From: Chitinophagales bacterium | GTDB taxonomy: Bacteria; Bacteroidota; Bacteroidia; Chitinophagales; Chitinophagaceae | Direction of reading: 5' to 3' | Assembly (NCBI GenBank): GCA_017303835.1 | Contig: JAFLBI010000002.1 | Location: 385,945-449,944 of the forward strand | Length of the DNA: 64,000 nucleotides | In this document: piece by piece, positions 21,165 through 29,421 of the stretch | Numbering within the stretch: the stretch's first letter is position 1 | How the letters are laid out: each line of letters opens with the position of its first letter | Made by a program: the position numbers and the translations under genes | Notes under the pieces: generated by a model | Database searches by the model: none | Seen by the model: only the letters and a program-made list of their open reading frames with translations | What the model was told of the DNA's origin: nothing

Positions 21165-23510
21165 ATGACAAAACAAAAGCACGATCTGCGTAGAGAACAG
21201 GCACTGGAGTATCATGCTTCAGGAAGACCGGGTAAGATTGAGGTAATCCCTACCAAAGAAGCAAAGACGCAGCGCGACTTATCACTGGCTTACAGTCCCG
21301 GTGTTGCTGAACCATGTAAAGAAATTCATCAGAATAAAGAAGAGGTTTATAAATACACTGCTAAGGGTAATCTGGTAGCGGTGATTACCAATGGTACAGC
21401 CGTATTGGGCCTGGGTGATATTGGTCCTGAAGCCAGCAAACCGGTGATGGAAGGAAAGGGTGTACTCTTCAAAATTTTTGCTGATATCGATGTGTTCGAT
21501 ATTGAAATCAATGAAAAAGATCCGGAGAAATTTTGTCAGATTGTAAAATCGCTGGAACCAACTTTCGGAGGCATCAACTTAGAAGACATCAAAGCACCGG
21601 AATGTTTTTACATTGAGCGCAAGCTGCGCGATGAATTGAATATTCCTGTGATGCACGATGATCAACACGGCACAGCCATCATCAGCGGTGCTGCTTTGCT
21701 GAATGCATTGGAATTACAAAAGAAAAAGATTGATAAAGTCCGCATCGTGATGAATGGTGCGGGTGCTGCAGCCATGGCCTGTGCACAGATGTATGTGGCT
21801 CTTGGTGCCAAGTATGAAAACTTTATCATGTTCGATAAAGATGGTGTACTGCATGAAGGCCGAACCGATTTAGATGAACTGCGTAGAAAATTCATGGTGA
21901 AGAAATCAGATTGGGATTTGTCCAAAGCCATGAAGGATGCAGATGTGTTTGTGGGCTTAAGTGTTGGCAATGTGGTTACGCAAGACATGATCAAATCCAT
22001 GGCCAAGCGTCCAATCGTATTTGCATTGGCAAACCCCAATCCTGAAATTACTTACGATCTGGCTGCTGCAGTGCGTGAAGATTTAATCATGGCGACTGGT
22101 CGTACGGATTTCCCCAATCAGGTAAACAATGTATTGGGCTTCCCTTATATCTTCCGCGGAGCATTGGATGTGCGCGCGCGTCAGATCAACGAAGCCATGA
22201 AACTGGCTGCTGTGCGTGCATTGGCTGAACTAGCCAGAACACCGGTGCCTGATATCGTAAACATGGCGTATAACCAGAAGAATATGTCTTTTGGTCCGGA
22301 ATACATCATCCCCAAACCACTCGATCCACGTTTGCTCTCTACTGTTGCACCGGCTGTTGCCAAAGCTGCAATGGAATCAGGCGTAGCGCAAAAGACGATT
22401 GATAACTGGGATGCATATAAAGTAGAATTGAATAAGCGCCTGGGCTTGGATAACCAGTTGATTCGTGCATTGGGTGCCAAAGCACGCAGAGATCCTAAGC
22501 GTTTGGTATTTGCAGAAGCGGATAACTTAAAAGTCATCAAAGCTGCCAGCATCATTTACGATGAAGGAATTGCATACCCCATTCTGTTGGGCGAAGAGGA
22601 AAAGATCAGACGTATTGCGGATGAACATGATATTGATATCACTGAACTGCCCATCATTGATCCGCGCAGCAAAGAGCTGGAAGAAAAGCGTCACTTCTAT
22701 GGTGAACTGTTTTTCAAAAAGCGTCAGCGCAAAGGCTATAATCATTATGAGAGCCTAAAAATCATGAAAGACCGCAACCATTATGGTTGTATGATGGTGG
22801 AAACAGGTGATGCCGATGCCATGATCTCTGGTTTAACCAGGAACTATGATCAGGCTATTCGTCCGGCTTTGCAGATTATCGGTACAGAAGAAGGCGTGAA
22901 GAAAATTGCAGGTATGTATCTGCTACTCACGAAGAAAGGTCCGCTCTTCTTGGCAGATACAACCGTAAACTTCAATCCAACTGCAGAAGAATTGGCAGAT
23001 ATTGCTATGTTGGTGGCCAAAGAAGTGCGTCATTTCAATATTACGCCGCGTATTGCCATGCTGAGCTATAGCAATTTCGGTAGCAGCCAATCACCTGAAG
23101 CCAAATTGGTGGCAGAAGCAACCCAGTTGTTGCGTCAACGCAATCCATCTTTGATTGTAGATGGTGAAATTCAAGCCAGCCTTGCTTTCAATAAAGAAAT
23201 TCTCCGCGATAATTATCCTTTTAGTGAATTGGTTGATGAAGATGTAAACGTACTCATCTTCCCCAACCTTACTGCCGGTAACGTGGCCTATAACCTCCTG
23301 CGCGAAATTGGTGGTGCGGATGCAATCGGTCCGATTTTGTTGGGTTTGAAAAAGCCGGTACATGTATTACAATTGGGTAGCACTGTTCGCAATATTGTGA
23401 ACATGGCCTTGGTGGCAGTAGTGGATGCACAGTTGAAAAGCCGAGTAGATACCGATGATGTGATTCAGCGTAGCAAATGGTGGCAGCGTTTAAAGAAAAG
23501 AAAACGGTAA
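21165..23510 (+). CDS. maeB: NADP-dependent malic enzyme with C-terminal phosphotransacetylase-like domain
   Basis: 781 aa with a malic-enzyme N-terminal half ([28 protein letters not shown]) plus a PTA-like C-terminal half. Confidence 0.9.
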   Translation: MTKQKHDLRREQALEYHASGRPGKIEVIPTKEAKTQRDLSLAYSPGVAEPCKEIHQNKEEVYKYTAKGNLVAVITNGTAVLGLGDIGPEASKPVMEGKGVLFKIFADIDVFDIEINEKDPEKFCQIVKSLEPTFGGINLEDIKAPECFYIERKLRDELNIPVMHDDQHGTAIISGAALLNALELQKKKIDKVRIVMNGAGAAAMACAQMYVALGAKYENFIMFDKDGVLHEGRTDLDELRRKFMVKKSDWDLSKAMKDADVFVGLSVGNVVTQDMIKSMAKRPIVFALANPNPEITYDLAAAVREDLIMATGRTDFPNQVNNVLGFPYIFRGALDVRARQINEAMKLAAVRALAELARTPVPDIVNMAYNQKNMSFGPEYIIPKPLDPRLLSTVAPAVAKAAMESGVAQKTIDNWDAYKVELNKRLGLDNQLIRALGAKARRDPKRLVFAEADNLKVIKAASIIYDEGIAYPILLGEEEKIRRIADEHDIDITELPIIDPRSKELEEKRHFYGELFFKKRQRKGYNHYESLKIMKDRNHYGCMMVETGDADAMISGLTRNYDQAIRPALQIIGTEEGVKKIAGMYLLLTKKGPLFLADTTVNFNPTAEELADIAMLVAKEVRHFNITPRIAMLSYSNFGSSQSPEAKLVAEATQLLRQRNPSLIVDGEIQASLAFNKEILRDNYPFSELVDEDVNVLIFPNLTAGNVAYNLLREIGGADAIGPILLGLKKPVHVLQLGSTVRNIVNMALVAVVDAQLKSRVDTDDVIQRSKWWQRLKKRKR

Positions 23511-23519
23511 ATTCGCCAC

Positions 23520-24257
23520 ATGAAATTCTTCACACATTTCGGTGCCTTCCTCATCATGCTCAAAGCCATGTTCACCAAACCGGAGAACTGGCGCATGTAT
23601 TGGAAAGAATTGATGCACCAATGTGTTGAAATCGGTATCGGCTCTTTACCCATCGTAATTATCATTTCCGTATTTCTGGGTGCGGTAACCACAGTACAGA
23701 CAGCGTATCAATTGGTGAGTCCGCTCGTGCCTAAGCAAACCATTGCACAGATTGTCCGTGATAGTGTGATCCTGGAATTATCTCCAACCGTTGTCAGTAT
23801 CGTACTGGCCGGTGTAGTAGGTAGTAAGATTGCCAGCGAACTGGGTAATATGCGTACCACAGAACAAATTGATGCTTTGGAAATCATGGGCATCAATACC
23901 CATACCTATTTAATTCTTCCCAAGATTTTGGGTGCTTTAATCGTAGTGCCTTGCTTGATTGTACTCTCTGCAGTGCTCGCTATCTGGGGCGGACGTACAG
24001 CCGGTAGTGCTGCAGGCATTTTGGCTACGGATATCTTCGATGCGGGCCTGCGTCAGAACATCGTTTTCTATAACATCAATTTTGCGCTATATAAGGCTTA
24101 CACTTTTGCCTTTATCATCAGCAGTGTACCTGCCTATTATGGCTACCATGTAAAAGGCGGTGCTTTGGAAATTGGCAGGGCCAGTACCAGCGCTGTGGTG
24201 GTGAGTTGTATCCTCATCCTGTTTGCCGATTATGCGTTGGCTGCTTTGTTGCTCTGA
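23520..24257 (+). CDS. mlaE: MlaE-family ABC transporter permease
   Basis: 245 aa. The polytopic sequence ...ELGNMRTTEQIDALEIMG... is the conserved MlaE/Ttg2B motif. Confidence 0.8.
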   Translation: MKFFTHFGAFLIMLKAMFTKPENWRMYWKELMHQCVEIGIGSLPIVIIISVFLGAVTTVQTAYQLVSPLVPKQTIAQIVRDSVILELSPTVVSIVLAGVVGSKIASELGNMRTTEQIDALEIMGINTHTYLILPKILGALIVVPCLIVLSAVLAIWGGRTAGSAAGILATDIFDAGLRQNIVFYNINFALYKAYTFAFIISSVPAYYGYHVKGGALEIGRASTSAVVVSCILILFADYALAALLL

Positions 24258-24319
24258 TTTTTCGTTTTATTATGATACTTCTTGCGCTGCATTGAGTAAC
24301 TTTCCATCAAACGATTGAA

Positions 24320-24808
24320 GTGAGTCCACAATTTGCACGCGTGAGGTCATTGCTCATGCATCCCATCAAATACCGTTTATTCCTGTTCAGTAAACTGCCC
24401 ATGGCATTTTTGGCCGGCTTGCGTATTACTGAATTAGATGCATCGAAGTGTACGATTTATGTAAAGTACCGCTGGTTAAATACCAACCCATTTGCCAGCA
24501 TGTATTTCGCTGTTCAGGCCATGGCGGCTGAAATGAGTACCGGTGTGTTGTGTTTAGCCAATATTCACGGCAGAAAACCCGGCTGTAGTATGTTGGTGGT
24601 TCAGATGGAAGCTCAGTTTCAAAAACGTGTAACGGGTTATGTGCATTTTACCTGTGCAGATGGTGCAGCTGCGCAAGCGGCTATCAATAAAGCCATTGAA
24701 ACAGGCGAATCACAAACCATTGTGATGCGCAGTGAAGGTATCAATGATAAAGGCGAAGTAGCAGCGGTGTTTCAAATTACCTGGTCATTCAAAGCAAAAG
24801 GAAAATAA
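24320..24808 (+). CDS. DUF4442-like hotdog-fold protein
   Basis: 162 aa (GTG start in the track; the start is uncertain). The pattern LPMAFLAGLRITELD...ASMYFAVQAMAAEMSTG resembles the DUF4442/PaaI-like thioesterase fold. Confidence 0.5.
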   Translation: MSPQFARVRSLLMHPIKYRLFLFSKLPMAFLAGLRITELDASKCTIYVKYRWLNTNPFASMYFAVQAMAAEMSTGVLCLANIHGRKPGCSMLVVQMEAQFQKRVTGYVHFTCADGAAAQAAINKAIETGESQTIVMRSEGINDKGEVAAVFQITWSFKAKGK

Positions 24809-24809
24809 T

Positions 24810-26207
24810 ATGCGGATCAGTTTTCATGGTGCGGCACAAACAGTTACCGGTAGTAAGCATTTATTACAACTAAAAAATGGCATCAATATTTTGCTGGACT
24901 GCGGCATGTTTCAGGGTATGGGTAAACAAACCATTGACATGAACATGCATTGGGGTTTTGATCCGGCTGATATTGGTTACCTCATTCTCTCGCATGCACA
25001 TATTGATCATTCTGGCTTGATACCCAAATTGTATAAAGATGGTTTCAGAGGGCCCATCTATTGTACGCCTGCTACCAAAAAACTGGCAGCTATTCTGCTG
25101 GAAGACAGCGCTGAGATACAGCGTGATGATACAAGATTTACAAACAAGAAAAGGGCTAAGCAGGGTTTACCACCTTTTGAGCCCATGTATTCAGTAGATG
25201 ATGCATTGGCTGCAGTTGGTTTGTTTGTATCAGTGGAATACGGAGAATGGTTTCAGGTTTGTGATGGCGTAGAAGCCATGTTTACGGATGCAGGGCATAT
25301 TATTGGCAGTGCATCGGTAAACCTGAAGGTAAAAGAAGATGGTAAAATCACCGCCCTAACATTCAGTGGAGATATTGGACGCTATCGCGATGATATCCTG
25401 CGTTCACCCGAAGTGTTTCCGCAGGCAGATTACATCATCATGGAAAGTACTTATGGCAATAGCTTGCATGATGAAGTTCACCATTCTGTAGATACATTCC
25501 TGAAATGGATTGAACATACCTGCTTGCAAAAAAAAGGTAAGCTCATCATTCCTGCGTTCAGCGTGGGTAGAACGCAAACCTTATTGTTATTACTGAATCA
25601 GTTGGAATTAGAACGCAGATTGCCTAAGATCAATATCTACGTGGATAGCCCACTGAGTAAAGAAGCAACTGCTGTGATCAAATCTTATCCGCAGTATTTT
25701 AATAAACGTTTGCAGAAAGTAATGCAAAGCGATGCTGATCCATTTGACTTTACAGGATTGCATTTTATTGAGAACGCAGAAGAGAGTAAGCGATTGAATG
25801 AATTAAAAGATCCCTGTGTCATTATATCGGCAAGCGGTATGGCAGATGCGGGCCGCATCAAGCACCACATCATGAATAATATCGATAACCCGAATAATAC
25901 CATTCTGATGGTGGGTTATTGCGAACCACGTTCTCTGGGTGGTAAATTGATGGCTGGCGTGAAGGATGTGCGCATTTTCGGTGAGGATTTTAAAGTAAAA
26001 GCAGAAGTAGGTAGTATGCGCAGCATGAGTGCGCATGGTGATTACGATGATCTGCTGCAGTGGCTGTCTTGCCAGAACAAGCAACAGGTAAAACAATTGT
26101 TCTTAGTGCATGGCGAGCCGGATGTGATGGCAGATTTTAGTCAGCGCCTGCAACGCAAAGGTTTTGAAGTAGTGATGCCTGAAATGCATCAGGGTTTTGG
26201 GTTGTAA
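24810..26207 (+). CDS. MBL-fold metallo-hydrolase with beta-CASP/RNA-specificity domain
   Basis: 465 aa with the HAHIDHSG metallo-beta-lactamase motif. The ESTYG and SAHGD motifs are typical of beta-CASP nucleases. Confidence 0.8.
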   Translation: MRISFHGAAQTVTGSKHLLQLKNGINILLDCGMFQGMGKQTIDMNMHWGFDPADIGYLILSHAHIDHSGLIPKLYKDGFRGPIYCTPATKKLAAILLEDSAEIQRDDTRFTNKKRAKQGLPPFEPMYSVDDALAAVGLFVSVEYGEWFQVCDGVEAMFTDAGHIIGSASVNLKVKEDGKITALTFSGDIGRYRDDILRSPEVFPQADYIIMESTYGNSLHDEVHHSVDTFLKWIEHTCLQKKGKLIIPAFSVGRTQTLLLLLNQLELERRLPKINIYVDSPLSKEATAVIKSYPQYFNKRLQKVMQSDADPFDFTGLHFIENAEESKRLNELKDPCVIISASGMADAGRIKHHIMNNIDNPNNTILMVGYCEPRSLGGKLMAGVKDVRIFGEDFKVKAEVGSMRSMSAHGDYDDLLQWLSCQNKQQVKQLFLVHGEPDVMADFSQRLQRKGFEVVMPEMHQGFGL

Positions 26208-26250
26208 GTGCGCTTGCATGCGCGAATATGCTTGATAGGGAGAATTGCGA

Positions 26251-26267
26251 TTGGTCAGCGACCAACA
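26251..26267. repeat. Palindromic 17-mer TTGGTCAGCGACCAACA, copy 1
   Basis: Exact 17-nt match to 27621-27637. It contains the TTGGTC-AGC-GACCAA hairpin and overlaps the stop codon of the TlpA-like gene. Confidence 0.8.
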
Positions 26268-27496
26268 TCTGAAAGAGACTTTAAAAAATTTTCTAGTCGA
26301 TAAAACCCTTCTTTACCTACACCTCTGTATAAAATTTCTCCAGAGGGAGATAGAAGTATGAAAGTGGGATAGGCATCAACTTTGTATTTAATGCTCAATG
26401 GTTTGGTTGTAAACTCTTCGTAAACATGTGTCCAATTCATTTGATGCCCATTCACATGTTTAAGCACATCTGCTCGATTAAAATCGCATGCAATGCTGAT
26501 TAGGTTAATTCTCTGTTTATACTGTCTTTCCATTGCTTTCAACTCTTCCGTAAGTTCAATACAAGGTTGACACCAAGTTCCCCAAAAATCAATCAGCGTG
26601 TACTTTTCTTGTTTTCCGCCAATACGAATTGTCTTGTTGGTGTTTTCCAATAATTGTCCATTACTTATTGGAAGATGGTTGAATACTTCTAATCCTTCTT
26701 TTGAGTTGCCTTTATGCTCAATCTCACTCAAATAAATTTTGGAAAGATGATCAGGAATTGAGTCTATTGTAAAAAAGCGTCCTCCAAGAAGTAAGGTGTC
26801 GCCATCGGTGTAAGTTACATTAACCAGTTGCACATTTTGGTTATTGAATGCAAGAGAGGAATCGAAGAATCGAACAGTATTAATTTCTTTTTTTCCTCTA
26901 TTCTTTTTAAGCATTGTGTTAACAGAAAAGATATATTTTCTGTCATTTAATAAAAGCGATCCATGTTTGTTGATGACTTGTATTCCTAGTCCAAGATTGA
27001 TTGGTTGTTTGTTTGTATTTTTTTGATTGAAGTGTTGAATTTCCAAGGAGTTTTTCTTTAAATAGCCGATAAGCGTGATGGAGTCATTTTTGAGTACCGT
27101 TTTAACTATTCTATGTTTATAGGTAATTGGGTTATTCTCTTTATAGCTTTTGGTAAAGTCAATTTCGCCGGGTGTTTCTGCATCGGTACAAATTGCATAG
27201 TTTTTGCCCATTTTAAATAAGAATACACTTATCGGCAATTGTGGTGCCATATAATTGATGTCAATAAAGTAAAGTGATCCAGTAATTGAATTACCGTAAA
27301 CTGAAACAATTGTGTCTTTTAAGAAATTATAGTTTTGATAGAAGCCATTGTATTTGTTCTGTTTATTCAGAGAGGTATCTAAATAAGCGTTGAAACTTAG
27401 GTCAACGCTATATTTGTTTGTCGTTCTTTTTAGATCAGTCTGACATGCAACCAGTAAACAGGCTAAAAACACACTAAAGACATGTGCGATTTTCAT
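26255..27496 (-). CDS. TlpA-like thiol-disulfide oxidoreductase lipoprotein with large N-terminal domain
   Basis: The start is set to MKIAHVFSVFLACLLVACQ (lipobox-like). The C-terminus carries FWGTWCQPC (CxxC thioredoxin fold). It is visibly more AT-rich than its neighbours. Confidence 0.7.
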   Translation of the reverse strand: MKIAHVFSVFLACLLVACQTDLKRTTNKYSVDLSFNAYLDTSLNKQNKYNGFYQNYNFLKDTIVSVYGNSITGSLYFIDINYMAPQLPISVFLFKMGKNYAICTDAETPGEIDFTKSYKENNPITYKHRIVKTVLKNDSITLIGYLKKNSLEIQHFNQKNTNKQPINLGLGIQVINKHGSLLLNDRKYIFSVNTMLKKNRGKKEINTVRFFDSSLAFNNQNVQLVNVTYTDGDTLLLGGRFFTIDSIPDHLSKIYLSEIEHKGNSKEGLEVFNHLPISNGQLLENTNKTIRIGGKQEKYTLIDFWGTWCQPCIELTEELKAMERQYKQRINLISIACDFNRADVLKHVNGHQMNWTHVYEEFTTKPLSIKYKVDAYPTFILLSPSGEILYRGVGKEGFYRLENFLKSLSDVGR

Positions 27497-27561
27497 GGAA
27501 TGGGCGTAGGCTAAATCCTTTAAATGCTTTTCTTGACTAAATCTACACAATATCTCGCACC

Positions 27562-27585
27562 CTTGCTGGTCGCCTGACCAGCAAG
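27562..27585. repeat. Perfect 10-bp hairpin CTTGCTGGTC-GCCT-GACCAGCAAG
   Basis: Read directly from the sequence. It shares the TGGTC/GACCA core with the 17-mer palindromes and lies in the 5' leader of the TlpA-like gene. Confidence 0.75.
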
Positions 27586-27617
27586 CTGTAATAACTGATT
27601 GTGCTTTTGGGAACTGG

Positions 27618-27638
27618 CTGTTGGTCAGCGACCAACAG
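27618..27638. repeat. Palindromic element CTGTTGGTC-AGC-GACCAACAG (contains copy 2 of the 17-mer)
   Basis: Perfect 9-bp stem with a 3-nt loop. Positions 27621-27637 are identical to 26251-26267. Confidence 0.8.
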
Positions 27639-27681
27639 CGGCGGGCATATACTTCAATCATGATGGATAGGTGTTAAAAAC

Positions 27682-27711
27682 AAAAATCCCCACATTGCTG
27701 TGGGGATTTTT
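27682..27711 (-). terminator. Intrinsic terminator immediately 3' of the tRNA fragment
   Basis: ATCCCCACA-TTGC-TGTGGGGAT (9 bp) flanked by an A-run and a T-run. On the minus strand it directly follows the tRNA-like 3' end. Confidence 0.75.
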
Positions 27712-27713
27712 CG

Positions 27714-27733
27714 TACCCGGTACGGGAATCGAA
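27714..27733 (-). other. Orphan tRNA 3' end (T-loop + 3' T-stem + 3' acceptor + discriminator); putative att core / displaced tRNA fragment
   Basis: The minus strand reads TTCGATT-CCCGT-ACCGGGT-A. The complementary 5' T-stem strand (ACGGG) and the rest of a cloverleaf are absent upstream. Confidence 0.5.
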
Positions 27734-27801
27734 GCTGCTATTTGTCATTTTAGACAGTTTTGCGTGTACAACTACTATTCAAAATCAATACGTTGAAAAG
27801 C

Positions 27802-28275
27802 TTATTTCTTCACTTTCGCCCGCGTTTTCGCCCCAGTTTTCAGGGCTTCTAGCTCCTGCTTTAATGCTTTCTTTTCCGCTCTCAGCTTGGCTATGGCTAT
27901 CTCAGCACTTTGCAGCTTCAACACTAGCTGATCAAAGTTTTCTTTGGTGAATGCCATGTAAGAAGCAGGATCTTCATTCAGTAACCAGGGCGCATCATCC
28001 TTAAACATTGGGCCAGTGCCTAAGTGTAAGAATGTAGGATGCACATGGTAATGCTTCAGTAGTACCTTCTGCAGCTCGTGCCAATGTTTTTGAGGAATAT
28101 TCCTTCTCCCTTTCACATAATGGCTGTAATGCGCGGATTCAAGCCCTAATTGATTCAGTAATTCCGATTTATGTCGGAATTTTTGGTGCAGTTCAATGTG
28201 CTTTACCAAATACTCAAGTACCTGTGCTACAGCCCTTTCAAAGGGTGTTTGCAGCACTGTAGATGCTGTTTTCAT
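27802..28275 (-). CDS. Phage HTH transcriptional regulator (repressor-like) with C-terminal coiled coil
   Basis: 157 aa. ELLNQLGLESAHYSHYVKGRRNIP is an XRE/Cro-like helix-turn-helix pattern. The C-terminal LQSAEIAIAKLRAEKKALKQELEALK is a coiled coil. It is transcribed divergently from the early genes. Confidence 0.6.
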   Translation of the reverse strand: MKTASTVLQTPFERAVAQVLEYLVKHIELHQKFRHKSELLNQLGLESAHYSHYVKGRRNIPQKHWHELQKVLLKHYHVHPTFLHLGTGPMFKDDAPWLLNEDPASYMAFTKENFDQLVLKLQSAEIAIAKLRAEKKALKQELEALKTGAKTRAKVKK

Positions 28276-28294
28276 AAATTTTTAAAATTTTTTT

Positions 28295-28313
28295 TGTCGA
28301 AAATTTTGTCGAA
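28295..28313. promoter_or_regulatory. Operator-like direct repeat TGTCGAA-N5-TGTCGAA (site 1)
   Basis: TGTCGAA at 28295-28301 and 28307-28313 (12-bp period), 20 bp upstream of the regulator start codon. The same architecture recurs at 28689 and 37878. Confidence 0.55.
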
Positions 28314-28341
28314 AAGGCAAAAGCATATACTTTCGCTCTGT

Positions 28342-28379
28342 AGGGAAGAAACAGGGAGCGAATAGGGACAATACAGGGA
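28342..28379. promoter_or_regulatory. Four helically phased AGGGA repeats
   Basis: AGGGA at 28342, 28353, 28364 and 28375, an exact 11-bp period, in the divergent intergenic region. Confidence 0.5.
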
Positions 28380-28436
28380 CACACTAAGGACTGGTAAACT
28401 TTAGTGTTCAATCTAAATGCCAAACTTTATATATAC

Positions 28437-28667
28437 ATGCCTGCCGCTAAAAAATTTAATAAGAGACTTCCTAAGAATTGGAGACAGAGAGTTTCAGAAA
28501 TCCTTGCAAATCAAGGAATAGAGCTAACATCGCAGCAGGTTTATGATGTTTTGAGAGAAAGAAAAAATGACCTTAAAATTTTAAGAAAAACAGTGTCAGC
28601 GAGAAATAAGGTCGCAAAAGAGTTTGAAGCCTTACAGCGTAAGAAGCAACAAGCAATAAAGAAATAG
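28437..28667 (+). CDS. Phage hypothetical protein, basic (possible DNA-binding)
   Basis: The start is set to ATG 28437 (MPAAKKFNKRLPKNWRQRV...). It is the first rightward early ORF and no family is recognised. Confidence 0.5.
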   Translation: MPAAKKFNKRLPKNWRQRVSEILANQGIELTSQQVYDVLRERKNDLKILRKTVSARNKVAKEFEALQRKKQQAIKK

Positions 28668-28687
28668 ATCATTTTTTTTAACCAGCC

Positions 28688-28912
28688 ATGTCGAGAAAAA
28701 TGTCGAACGCAGTAAATACCCCCGATGCTACCGGAGCAAACATGCACCAGATTAGATGGATGGCTACGCAGTTGTTAGAAGCCGTTAACGGGCTTCCTGG
28801 TGCTGTTTCTCTTGGTAATAGAAATGTAAAGACCATCAATCAGCAAGAGCTGCGCAACCATTTCCGCCAGCGTATTGCATTGAAGTTTCAACAGAAATAT
28901 CCAAACGCATGA
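28688..28912 (+). CDS. Phage hypothetical protein
   Basis: 74 aa ORF in the early operon. Its first 20 nt contain the second TGTCGAR-N5-TGTCGAA site. Confidence 0.45.
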   Translation: MSRKMSNAVNTPDATGANMHQIRWMATQLLEAVNGLPGAVSLGNRNVKTINQQELRNHFRQRIALKFQQKYPNA

Positions 28913-29133
28913 TGTCATTTGATTTTATACTAAGCCTGTATTGCTTCTATCGCGCTAGAGTAGAAGCATTTGGAATCTGGTGCGTAGAAAAATCATTTGT
29001 ACGCAAGCGAATGAAAGAATATGAATACATGTGGGATGTAGCAGACCACAGCAATCTATTCGCAGAACTGGGTTTTCAAAAACTCGGTAATGGGTACGAG
29101 CTCATAATAGCTGATCACACCCAGTCTTTCTAG
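28909..29133 (+). CDS. Phage hypothetical protein
   Basis: 74 aa ORF with a 4-nt overlap with the previous gene. Confidence 0.45.
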   Translation: MMSFDFILSLYCFYRARVEAFGIWCVEKSFVRKRMKEYEYMWDVADHSNLFAELGFQKLGNGYELIIADHTQSF

Positions 29134-29189
29134 GCCGGGTAAAATTGAATTGAAGTTCTTTTTCATATGGCAAGCAATCGTTTAATCAC

Positions 29190-29215
29190 GCGGGGTGTTT
29201 CTACACCCTGCTTTT
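29190..29215 (+). terminator. Intrinsic terminator of the short early operon
   Basis: GCGGGGTG-TTTCTA-CACCCTGC (8 bp, one G-U) followed by TTTT. Confidence 0.6.
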
Positions 29216-29347
29216 AAAAAAGCTTGCAAAACGAATGGCCCTGTTGTACCGAGGGCTTTATAAATGCCGGTACAGAGGGATTGAATACTTAACTAAATAA
29301 TGCTTTTGGTTACGGTTATTTTCTCAGCCATTCCAATCCCTCAACAT

Positions 29348-29421
29348 AGCAAGGTGGAGCAGCCCGGTAGCTCGTCTGGCTCATAACCAGAAGGTCGGCA
29401 GTTCGAATCTGCCCCTTGCAA
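29348..29421 (+). tRNA. Phage-encoded tRNA, anticodon CAT, initiator-like (tRNA-fMet-like)
   Basis: Manual cloverleaf: acceptor AGCAAGG/CCTTGCA (A1xA72 unpaired), D-arm GAGC-AGCCCGGTA-GCTC, anticodon arm TCTGG-CTCATAA-CCAGA, variable AGGTC, T-arm GGCAG-TTCGAAT-CTGCC, discriminator A. No CCA is encoded. Confidence 0.85.

Noticed and set aside
27497-27661. 55-aa N-terminal extension of the TlpA-like ORF in the track
   Set aside because: The extension consists of the two perfect palindromes and precedes a canonical lipoprotein signal peptide at Met56. The internal start at 27496 was adopted.
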